A stretch of 62,360 bases of DNA, taken from positions 1 to 62,360 of the forward strand of contig JAWLED010000005.1 of assembly GCA_041686235.1 (NCBI GenBank), read 5' to 3'. The position numbers and the translations under genes are program-made. Each line of letters opens with the position of its first letter. Positions within the stretch are counted from its first letter, which is position 1. This stretch comes from Spirochaetia bacterium. GTDB lineage: Bacteria > Spirochaetota > Spirochaetia > DSM-27196 > PWMO01. Under the pieces are notes generated by a model. That model was not told the DNA's origin, made no database searches, and was given only the letters and a program-made list of their open reading frames with translations. This document shows positions 34,976 through 43,173 of the stretch, in pieces.

Positions 34976-36631
34976 TCAGAACCCGTCACGACTGTCAATC
35001 CGACCGCGCAACACTCGGTGCATCACACCGAACAGGAGCGCCAAAGCCGAACCGATCAACGCAACCCATGCCGCCCAGTTACCGTATCTGGTATAGAACG
35101 TTACCGAGCTGCTATATATGGGAACATCCGCTATCATGAACGCTTCTTCGAATGGGTCGAGCAACTCCACGATCTGCCCGTTCGGGTCTATTACGCTCGT
35201 CATGCCGCTGTTGGTGCTGCGAACAACCGACCGTTGATTCTCCGCTGCCCGAAACACCGCCATGGCCATATGTTGCATCTGGGCCGGCACCGAACGTGAC
35301 CATCCGTCGTTGGTGAGATTGATTATGACATCCGCACCTCGGCGTACGAACTCCCGAGACAAATACCCGAAGGTGTCCTCGAAACAAATCGGCGTCGCGA
35401 ACTGAACACCGTCGGTCTCGAAAATCGTATAGTCGTCGCCGGCTTCCCAGAAGGTCGTGTCATTCTCCACCAGCAGCCGGTGCAGCCATGGAAACGAGCT
35501 CTCATATGGGAAGTGCTCGGTAAAGGGCACCAAATGGAGCTTCCGATACGTTTGCCCGAACTCTTGGTCCTCGTGGAGCAGAACTGCGTTATAGTCTACG
35601 CGTTCGAGCGAACCGTCTAAGTTCCGGCTGAGCCGTGCATCGCTGTTTCCAAGCACGAACGGGACGCGCTGTAACGACAAATAGGTGCGTAGCTCCCGCA
35701 CCAGCTCGAAGGTCTCGGCGTTGGGACGGTACCGCGTGTGATACTCGATGGCCGGTACAAACGATGTTTCCGACCATACGACGATGTCGGGGTTGGCAGC
35801 GAGAGCCCGATCACTCTGGCGCACAAGCGCCGCGAGCGAATCCCTGTAGGCCTCGATGCCCCCACGCCACGGGTCGATGTTCTGCTGTACGGCTCCCACG
35901 CGCCATGAACGCGCATCCGAATAGTCAATCCGCGAAGCCCACCCGTAGCCGAGTACCACCCCCACGATTGCAACGTAGGCAATGCCCTCGAGCCGGTGAG
36001 CTCTCGCAAAGCGCGAAAACTCGGTCAGCCGCCCTTCCACGATGCCGGCGGCGAGAAACGCCGAGGGGAAGACCACCAGTGCCGAGACACCCCACACGCC
36101 GGTAATTGAAGAGAGGCGCACCAGCGGGCTGACCATATACTGGCTATACCCGATAATACCGTAGGCATACCCAAGGAACCCCTGCAACCGCAGATACTCG
36201 TATGCCACCCATATGCCCACTTGCAGAAGGTAGCCGTAGCGCGGAAAAAGCGTTTCGGCAAGCTTGAGCAGCGGAAACAGCACCGCAAAGTACACCGCAT
36301 AAATGACGGGGACAATAAAGATTGCAAGCGGGTGAAAATTGAGTAGCCAGTAATTCAGCAGGGAGTACGTGAGGAAGCCGTAGAGCAACCCGTACAGCCA
36401 TATGGTAGACCATCGGCTACGATGGACAACGATGAAGAGTGGAACCAGTGAAACGTAGGCAAGCGGGAACCACCCCCACTCCGAAATGATACTCGGAAAG
36501 GCAAACGAAAACAGTGCCGCCGAGAGAAAAATGAGCACGAGGTCCGCGAGCACCTCTCCGGTTCGCGCTGTTACCCCGCTTCGAAGTTTACCGAGGACGG
36601 CATTCTCCTCGGCTAACTCCTTAGCGACCAT
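34976..36631 (-). CDS. lnt: Apolipoprotein N-acyltransferase (copy 2)
   Basis: Multi-TM N-terminal part plus nitrilase-type domain (VVWSETSF, RKLHLVPFTEHFPY, TPICFEDTF, NLTNDGWS) and terminal TM. Confidence 0.9.
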   Translation of the reverse strand: MVAKELAEENAVLGKLRSGVTARTGEVLADLVLIFLSAALFSFAFPSIISEWGWFPLAYVSLVPLFIVVHRSRWSTIWLYGLLYGFLTYSLLNYWLLNFHPLAIFIVPVIYAVYFAVLFPLLKLAETLFPRYGYLLQVGIWVAYEYLRLQGFLGYAYGIIGYSQYMVSPLVRLSSITGVWGVSALVVFPSAFLAAGIVEGRLTEFSRFARAHRLEGIAYVAIVGVVLGYGWASRIDYSDARSWRVGAVQQNIDPWRGGIEAYRDSLAALVRQSDRALAANPDIVVWSETSFVPAIEYHTRYRPNAETFELVRELRTYLSLQRVPFVLGNSDARLSRNLDGSLERVDYNAVLLHEDQEFGQTYRKLHLVPFTEHFPYESSFPWLHRLLVENDTTFWEAGDDYTIFETDGVQFATPICFEDTFGYLSREFVRRGADVIINLTNDGWSRSVPAQMQHMAMAVFRAAENQRSVVRSTNSGMTSVIDPNGQIVELLDPFEEAFMIADVPIYSSSVTFYTRYGNWAAWVALIGSALALLFGVMHRVLRGRIDSRDGF

Positions 36632-36915
36632 GAAGCGTCTTTGAGCTCTTTCCCGGGGCGAAAGACGACGACCCCATGGTTCTGAACGCTCACCGTTTCC
36701 CCCGTTTTGGGGTTTCGCGCGCGTTCGCGGCCTTTTCGGGTGCGGATTTCAAACGTCCCGAAACCCCGAAACTCTACAACGCGGTCCTCGAGCAGCGCAC
36801 CCTTCACTTGGGAAAAGAACGAGTCGATTATTCGCTGGATCTCCTTCTTACTTACGTCACTCTGCTCGGCAATGTTGTCGACGATTTCTGCTTTGGTAAG
36901 CTTTTCCTTTGCCAC
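36613..36915 (-). CDS. HU/IHF family DNA-binding protein
   Basis: KAEIVDNIAEQS...FGTFEIRTRKGRERARNPKTGE...V.FRPGKELK pattern. GTG start with GAGGAG upstream. Confidence 0.9.
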   Translation of the reverse strand: MAKEKLTKAEIVDNIAEQSDVSKKEIQRIIDSFFSQVKGALLEDRVVEFRGFGTFEIRTRKGRERARNPKTGETVSVQNHGVVVFRPGKELKDASWSLRS

Positions 36916-36963
36916 GTGCGCTCCTCAGTGGAAGATGGCAGCCCTGCGCAAGGGTGAGCTCAC

Positions 36964-37224
36964 CTACAGGGTGTTGAGCTTTTTCCGAAGACGGGATTTC
37001 GTGCGCGCTGCGGTGTTTTTATGATATACCCCTTTTCCGGCCGCCGTGTCGATAAGCTTTGTTATCTCCTGCAGTCGAGCCTCCGCAGTAGCGCGGTCGC
37101 TTGCATCAATTGCTTCGAGAAAACTCCGGATTTTCGTACGTACCTGACTCCGCATTGAACGATTGCGCAAACGTCGTTTTTGGCTCTGCCGATAACGCTT
37201 GGCTGCAGATCCTTTTATTACCAA
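36964..37224 (-). CDS. rpsT: 30S ribosomal protein S20
   Basis: SAAKRYRQSQKRRLRNRSMRSQVRTKIR and KGVYHKNTAARTKSRL. TTG start with AAGGAG 7 nt upstream. Confidence 0.9.
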   Translation of the reverse strand: MVIKGSAAKRYRQSQKRRLRNRSMRSQVRTKIRSFLEAIDASDRATAEARLQEITKLIDTAAGKGVYHKNTAARTKSRLRKKLNTL

Positions 37225-37262
37225 GACTTACTCCTTTCTTCGTTGTCGTTCAGTGAGGATGT

Positions 37263-37291
37263 AACGTACCAAATAAAGCACCGGCTGTCAA
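37263..37291 (-). promoter_or_regulatory. Sigma70-like promoter candidate for rpsT
   Basis: Minus strand reads TTGACA (37291-37286), 17 nt, TACGTT (37268-37263). Confidence 0.45.
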
Positions 37292-37345
37292 GCAAATGCT
37301 CCTCTCTTTCTTTTCGCGTCTATTCATTGTAGTTTATGCGAACAC

Positions 37346-39109
37346 ATGCTGGGCGAATACCGAACTTTACTGCCTTTCCTGAAGAAGTACCGGTGGTACT
37401 ACATCTTCGGCGTGTTGACGCTTGCCGTAACGAGCGGCGGACAGCTGTTCATCCCGCAATTGATCCGACTTGCGATAGACACCATGAGTGTCGGGGGCTT
37501 CGATCTGTCGGTGGTGGGCCGATACATGCTTTGGCTTACCGGGTTGGCTGCCGTCATTGCCGCGGCGCGGTTCAGTTGGCGCTACTTCCTCCACGGAGCT
37601 TCGCGCCGCATCGAGGCGGAGCTGCGGGAGAAGCTGTTCGCCAACCTCCTCAACCTCTCTTCCCGCTTCTACGGAGAGGCCACGACCGGCGATCTCATGG
37701 CGCGCGCTACAAACGACTTGCGAGCCGTACGCATGGCCGCCGGCATGGGGCTGGTTGCGTTTGTAGACGGCGTTTTCATGAGCCTCGCCATCCTCGTCAT
37801 CCTGTTCACCCAGCATCCGCGCCTCACCCTGATCGTTATCATACCTCTACCCTTCGTTACGCTTGCCATTCTCGTCGCCGGCCGACTGATGACGAGACTC
37901 TTCAAGCGCGTTCAAGAGAGTTTTGCAGACCTCAGCACCAACGTACAGGAGTCGGTAACGGGTGTACGCGTAATAAAGACGTTCGGCAAAGAAGACTATT
38001 TCGACGACCGATTCGCCGAGGCCAACCAAGAGTACCAGTCGAGGAACCTGGCCTACGTGCGCGTATCCGGCATGTTTTTTCCTGCCGTGACCTTCCTCTC
38101 GGGCCTTACCTCCCTTCTTCTTCTGCGTTTCGGCGGGGTAGCCGTTATTGTCGGCACGATCTCTGCGGGCGAGTTCGTCGCTACCCTCACGTATTTGGAG
38201 ATGCTGGTGTGGCCGATGATGGGCGCCGGTTTTCTTGTCAACATCATTGCCCGCGGCGGCGCGTCACTGAAACGCTTGAACGAAATCATCTACCACGAGC
38301 CCGAGATAGCGAGTCCTCCGAACGCGATTGCCACCGTAAAAAGAACCTCACTTTCGATAGAAGGACTCAGTTATCGGTACGGCGAAGATCTCGAGCCGGC
38401 CGTCTCGGACATACACATGAGGGTTCCCGAAGGGGCGACCATCGGGGTGCTCGGCAGAACGGGAGCGGGAAAATCCACCCTGGTTTCCCTGCTGCCCCGC
38501 ATTCTCGATCCACCTCCCCGCACCATTTTTCTCGGCGACCATGACGTGAGAAACTACGATCTACATGCCCTCCGCAGCACCTTCTCCATCGTTCCCCAGG
38601 ATACCTTTCTCTTTTCTGCGAGCATAAAGGAAAACATTGCATTCGCACACGAACACGCACCCGAGGAGCTGCTCGCTCGCGTCGCCGACATTTCCACCAT
38701 TAGCCGCGATGTGGCCGACTTCCCCGAGGGGTGGGACACCCTGGTCGGCGAGCGCGGCGTGACGCTTTCGGGGGGCCAGAAGCAGCGCATCGCCATTGCG
38801 CGCGCTCTTGCCGCCGAGCGACCGGTACTCATTCTCGACGATGCCCTGTCCGCGGTGGATACCGAGAGCGAAGAACGCATTCTCTCGCGCTTGCTCGAAG
38901 AACGACGGGGCAGCACCAACCTCATTATCGCCCACCGTGTTTCGGCCCTCTCGCGCAGCGACTACATCTACGTACTCGATGAGGGGCGTATCATACAGCA
39001 GGGAACTCATGACGAGCTCGTGGCGCGTGAGGGTATGTACCGCGATATTTTTCTTCTTCAGCAGGCGGAGTCGCGCGAGGAAACACACCGAGGGGGCGCC
39101 GGTGGATGA
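37346..39109 (+). CDS. ABC exporter permease/ATPase fusion, subunit A of a heterodimer (degenerate Walker B)
   Basis: Six TM + NBD. Walker A GRTGAGKST, LSGGQKQR. Walker B is LILDDALS (Asp in place of the catalytic Glu). Confidence 0.9.
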   Translation: MLGEYRTLLPFLKKYRWYYIFGVLTLAVTSGGQLFIPQLIRLAIDTMSVGGFDLSVVGRYMLWLTGLAAVIAAARFSWRYFLHGASRRIEAELREKLFANLLNLSSRFYGEATTGDLMARATNDLRAVRMAAGMGLVAFVDGVFMSLAILVILFTQHPRLTLIVIIPLPFVTLAILVAGRLMTRLFKRVQESFADLSTNVQESVTGVRVIKTFGKEDYFDDRFAEANQEYQSRNLAYVRVSGMFFPAVTFLSGLTSLLLLRFGGVAVIVGTISAGEFVATLTYLEMLVWPMMGAGFLVNIIARGGASLKRLNEIIYHEPEIASPPNAIATVKRTSLSIEGLSYRYGEDLEPAVSDIHMRVPEGATIGVLGRTGAGKSTLVSLLPRILDPPPRTIFLGDHDVRNYDLHALRSTFSIVPQDTFLFSASIKENIAFAHEHAPEELLARVADISTISRDVADFPEGWDTLVGERGVTLSGGQKQRIAIARALAAERPVLILDDALSAVDTESEERILSRLLEERRGSTNLIIAHRVSALSRSDYIYVLDEGRIIQQGTHDELVAREGMYRDIFLLQQAESREETHRGGAGG

Positions 39110-41216
39110 AGAAAAAGTCATCTCCGGTTACGATCCTACGGTCGTACGAAAACTCTTCGGGTTCGTGAAGCCTCACATCGTAGTTCTTCTCGTAGCCATC
39201 CTGGCACTCGGAATTGCAACTGCGGCGGAGCTCGCGTTGCCGGTGATCATTCAACGCGCGGTAGACCAAGACCTCATGGCCGACCATTTACAGGGTGACA
39301 CGGAAGACCTGAGGGCCCTATCCCAACAAAACCCGAACGTGGAGCCGGTTGTATTCGGCGAGACTGCATATGTGTTGGAGAGCTCACTCACGGCCATGGC
39401 CGGGATCGACAAACGCAGCCTTCAGGCTGAGGGTACGATATCTGAGACTGCGTACTACGTGTTTTCTCTCGATGAACCGGGCGACCAAGAGGTCATCGAG
39501 TCGCACCCCGACCTTTTCCGAACGAGCGACGGCCAAAACCGCGCCGGCGGAGCGTCATCCCGCCCGCGCTACGCTGCGATCGAGACGAGTGACCTCACGC
39601 AGCTCACCACGGAAGAACGCCGAGCCATCCGTTCGCAGGACATCGACGCCGTTTCGAGAAAGGGTTTCGTGTTTCTCGGGTTCCTGCTAACGGTGTTCCT
39701 CTTCACCTTTGCACAGGTATACCTCATGGCGGCCACGGGACAGCGGGTCATGAAGGATCTCCGTACCCGACTTTTTGATCATGTCATCCGGCAGCGACTC
39801 TCGTTCCTCCACCGGAATCCGGTGGGACGCCTCGTCACGCGGATTACCAACGATGTCGAAACGATCAACGAGCTGTTCACCAATGTGCTCGCAAATCTAC
39901 TGAAGAATCTTTCCATCATGGTTGGTGTGGTAATCACGGTGTTTTTGCTCAGCCGACGTCTCGGGTTCATCGTGGTGGGAACACTGCCTCCCGTCCTCGT
40001 GGTTACCTATTTGTTCCGTACCTACGCGAGAAACGCGTTTCGAAACGTTCGACTGTGGATCTCGCGCGTTAACGCCTTTTTGTCGGAGCACATTTCCGGG
40101 ATAAGTGTGGTACAGCTGTTCACGCAAGAACAGCGCATCGGGAAAAAGTTCGCTTCGCGTAACGATTCGCTTCTCGGGGCGAGTTTGGGCGAGATGTACG
40201 TCTTTGCAACATTTCGCCCTATCATCGACCTGCTTTCCTCTACTTCAGTGGCGGTAGTCGTGTATCTCGGGGCTGCCTCGGTACTCGAAGGCGTCGTGAC
40301 CCTCGGCATGCTCATTGCCGGCGTGGAGCTCATCCGGCGTTTCTACCGCCAGCTCATGTCCATCTCGGAACAATTCGTCGTTTTGCAGAGTGCCATGGCA
40401 GGCGGGGAGCGCATCGTCGAGCTTCTCGACGAGGAAGACCGTATCCCCGACAACGGCTCTCGCACTCTCCCGCGGCCCGTGCACGGAACAATTTCCTTCG
40501 AGAACGTTACCTTTTCGTACCGCCCGGGCGAGCCGGTGATCCGCGACCTGAGCTTTCGTGTGCCGCCGGGGCATACCGTAGCCATTGTCGGCTACACCGG
40601 TGCCGGCAAGACCACCATAGCCAATCTGTTATCCCGCCTTTGGGACGTCGATAGCGGACGCATTCTCATTGACGGCGTTAACATCACCGAACTGCCGGTC
40701 AACGAGCTTCGCCGAGTCGTGCAGCCCATCGATCAAGATGTCTTCATTTTTCGGGACACGATTCGCGAGAATATTCGCCTCGGCGAGCCCCTGCCTGACG
40801 GACGTCTCGAAGAAGCGGCACGAGCGGTTCAAGCCGACGCGTTCATCTCTCGGTTATCGTCCGGATACGACACCCCGCTCGACGAACGGGGAGCAAACCT
40901 CTCGGTGGGGCAGCGTCAGTTAGTCTCGTTTGCTCGGGTGGTCGCCCATGATCCGGCCATCATCATCCTCGATGAGGCAACGTCGAGTGTCGACACGGAA
41001 ACCGAGCGGCTTATTCAAAACGGCATGCGCGCGCTGTTGAGCCATCGTACATCGCTGGTCATTGCGCACCGTTTGTCGACGATAAAGTACGCCGACCGCA
41101 TTATCGTGTTATCGCACGGGGAAATCGTAGAGGAAGGAACGCATGAAGAGTTGCTGCAGTACGGAGGAGTCTACGCCAACCTCTATCGGCTGCAGTACAG
41201 CGAACACGGGCCCTAA
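39102..41216 (+). CDS. ABC exporter permease/ATPase fusion, subunit B of a heterodimer (non-canonical signature LSVGQ)
   Basis: GTG start at 39102 after GAGGGGG, overlapping the upstream TGA. Walker A GYTGAGKTT, signature LSVGQRQ, Walker B IIILDEATS. About 127-aa insert between TM1 and TM2. Confidence 0.9.
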   Translation: MDEEKVISGYDPTVVRKLFGFVKPHIVVLLVAILALGIATAAELALPVIIQRAVDQDLMADHLQGDTEDLRALSQQNPNVEPVVFGETAYVLESSLTAMAGIDKRSLQAEGTISETAYYVFSLDEPGDQEVIESHPDLFRTSDGQNRAGGASSRPRYAAIETSDLTQLTTEERRAIRSQDIDAVSRKGFVFLGFLLTVFLFTFAQVYLMAATGQRVMKDLRTRLFDHVIRQRLSFLHRNPVGRLVTRITNDVETINELFTNVLANLLKNLSIMVGVVITVFLLSRRLGFIVVGTLPPVLVVTYLFRTYARNAFRNVRLWISRVNAFLSEHISGISVVQLFTQEQRIGKKFASRNDSLLGASLGEMYVFATFRPIIDLLSSTSVAVVVYLGAASVLEGVVTLGMLIAGVELIRRFYRQLMSISEQFVVLQSAMAGGERIVELLDEEDRIPDNGSRTLPRPVHGTISFENVTFSYRPGEPVIRDLSFRVPPGHTVAIVGYTGAGKTTIANLLSRLWDVDSGRILIDGVNITELPVNELRRVVQPIDQDVFIFRDTIRENIRLGEPLPDGRLEEAARAVQADAFISRLSSGYDTPLDERGANLSVGQRQLVSFARVVAHDPAIIILDEATSSVDTETERLIQNGMRALLSHRTSLVIAHRLSTIKYADRIIVLSHGEIVEEGTHEELLQYGGVYANLYRLQYSEHGP

Positions 41217-42172
41217 TTGTTGCCCGTAGTTTCCTCGGACTGCTCGTCGACCACGTACCATCGACGAGCCACTTTGTCATACGAGAGGCGCTTGCCGGAT
41301 ATGGTAAGATACCGCCCGTCTTCCCGGGCAAAGAGACGTACCTCGTTGGAAATGACGTTTACCTCGCTGACCTGGAACGCGCTGCCGTCATATTGAATCC
41401 GGCTGCCGTCCGACGGCAATTTCTGCTTGCGCTCGGTATAATAGTCGTACTCATAGGCGAGACAACACAACAGCCGACCGCATGGTCCGGATATCTTCAT
41501 CGAGTTCAGTGAGAGGTTCTGCACCTTGGCCATCTTGATCGACACGGGCCGCAGCTTGTCGGTTATCCCGTGGCAGCAGAGAACCCGTCCGCACACTCCG
41601 GTGCCGCCGAGCACGCGAGAATCGTCCCGTACCCCGATCTGTCGCAGCTCGATTCGCATGCGAAACTCCGAGACAAGATCCTTCACGAGCTCTCGGAAAT
41701 CGACCCGCGTGTCCGCGGTGAAAAAGAATAGGATCTTGGGTTCTTCGAGCATATAATGCGCCGAGACGAGCTTCATAGATAAGCCGTGTGCGCCGATCTT
41801 TTCCCGGCATACCTCGAGCGCCTCCGATTCCCGTTCGAGGTTCTCCTCGAACCGCGCAATGTCGGCGTCGGTCGCGACACGCTCTACCGAACGAACGTGT
41901 TCCCACGCATCGGCATTCTCCGCGGCGATCGGCCCCAACACCCGGGCGAGCTCCAAACCATATCGGGAGGAAACAATAACGGCGTCACCACAGTGCAGCC
42001 GAGAAACATCGGAGTCTTCGTCGAACCGACATAACTCTGTCTCGCTCGAGTGCACGACCTTTACTATGAAATATGTATCTTCTTGTATCTCGGCGCATTT
42101 CCCCGCATGTCCGCAGACCGGCGAGGATATTGCCGATACGCGTTCGGCCATCGATACCTCTTCCTTTTCCAA
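41213..42172 (-). CDS. PSP1 domain protein (RicT/YaaT-like)
   Basis: PSP1 C-terminal pattern with Cys pairs (CGRVLCCHG, GPCGRLLCCLAYE). Confidence 0.85.
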   Translation of the reverse strand: MEKEEVSMAERVSAISSPVCGHAGKCAEIQEDTYFIVKVVHSSETELCRFDEDSDVSRLHCGDAVIVSSRYGLELARVLGPIAAENADAWEHVRSVERVATDADIARFEENLERESEALEVCREKIGAHGLSMKLVSAHYMLEEPKILFFFTADTRVDFRELVKDLVSEFRMRIELRQIGVRDDSRVLGGTGVCGRVLCCHGITDKLRPVSIKMAKVQNLSLNSMKISGPCGRLLCCLAYEYDYYTERKQKLPSDGSRIQYDGSAFQVSEVNVISNEVRLFAREDGRYLTISGKRLSYDKVARRWYVVDEQSEETTGNN

Positions 42173-42186
42173 ACCGAGACGGTGCC

Positions 42187-42678
42187 TTAGTGGGAGAGAT
42201 CAACCAGCATCCCGTGGATCTCTTCGACACGGCTCATGAGCTGCATTTGGGTTTCCTGACTCTGCAGCATGCCGCGCACAAGTCGGTCGAGTTTTTCGTC
42301 TATCACCTGCACGATCGCAAATCGTTTCCGATTGAGCACATTCCCCCCTGAGGTGTGCTCGGCCACTTCGAGGGTATCACCCACGGTGCGGCGTAGAAAG
42401 GATTTTACCGCGTTGCGGTACTGCTGTACCGCGGTGAACGTTCGTTTATGCAGCAGCTCATCCCCGAGCTCGTGAATCGAATCAAGCAGTCCTTCGATTT
42501 CTTCTTCGCTTAACTGCTCTTTTGGCTGTTGGACAAACTCCGGTTGCTCGACTTCTTCCTGAAAAATCGAACGAAACGCCGGAGCTCGAGGTGCCTCGGC
42601 ATCCGATGTTCGCTTTTTCCCGGAGTTGCGACGAAACGAGAAAAAGCCGTCATTTTCAATGCGTTCCATTGCAGCCAT
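42187..42678 (-). CDS. YaaR-like (DUF327) protein
   Basis: Size, helical pattern (LLDSIHELGDELL...VQQYRNAVKSFLRRTV) and position next to a PSP1 gene, as with yaaR-yaaT in Bacillus. Confidence 0.6.
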   Translation of the reverse strand: MAAMERIENDGFFSFRRNSGKKRTSDAEAPRAPAFRSIFQEEVEQPEFVQQPKEQLSEEEIEGLLDSIHELGDELLHKRTFTAVQQYRNAVKSFLRRTVGDTLEVAEHTSGGNVLNRKRFAIVQVIDEKLDRLVRGMLQSQETQMQLMSRVEEIHGMLVDLSH

Positions 42679-42683
42679 CGGTG

Positions 42684-43157
42684 CTACCTACTCGGAAAAT
42701 GAGTATGCGCAGCTCGAGCGGATTCAACCGCTGCCTGAGGTCGAGACGGATAAAACGCGGAGGCGTTCAGCTTGTAATTTACCCTCGCGGGAAACCCCTC
42801 CGAACTGTTGGCGTCCGCCTCTCCTCGTATAGAAACCGACCCGTCGATTATGACGCCTTCTTCGGCAATCAACCGCGGGGCGTAAATGTCGCCGACAATC
42901 ATTGCCGAAGCGAGAATGATGACTTTCTCGGTAGAGGAAATCGTACCACGTACGATCCCGCCCACAACGACGGTTCCCGCCTCGATGTTGCAGTCCGCGC
43001 GACCGTCTTGGCCCACCAGTACTTTACCCTTCGTCTTGATGGATCCGGTAAAATCACCGTCGACACGGAGAAGCCCCGCCAATTCGAGGTGACCACGGAA
43101 ATGGGTACCCTCGCCGATTATCGAATTAATGAAAGAATCTTCGGAGTTGTACCCCAT
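42684..43157 (-). CDS. Bactofilin family cytoskeletal protein (copy 2)
   Basis: Repeat pattern GEGTHFRGHLELAGLLRVDGDFTGSIKTKGKVLVGQDGRADCNIEAGTVVVGGIVRGTI. Confidence 0.85.
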   Translation of the reverse strand: MGYNSEDSFINSIIGEGTHFRGHLELAGLLRVDGDFTGSIKTKGKVLVGQDGRADCNIEAGTVVVGGIVRGTISSTEKVIILASAMIVGDIYAPRLIAEEGVIIDGSVSIRGEADANSSEGFPARVNYKLNASAFYPSRPQAAVESARAAHTHFPSR

Positions 43158-43173
43158 GTACCATTCTTACCCG

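Noticed and set aside
37336-38544. 402-aa alternative-frame ORF over ABC exporter subunit A
   Set aside because: Its Arg/Pro/His-rich translation has no features. The other frame encodes a complete TMD-NBD protein.
38796-39101. N-terminal extension of ABC exporter subunit B (ORF-track start 38796)
   Set aside because: It overlaps the NBD of subunit A in another frame. GTG 39102 after GAGGGGG gives the expected N-terminus ahead of TM1.
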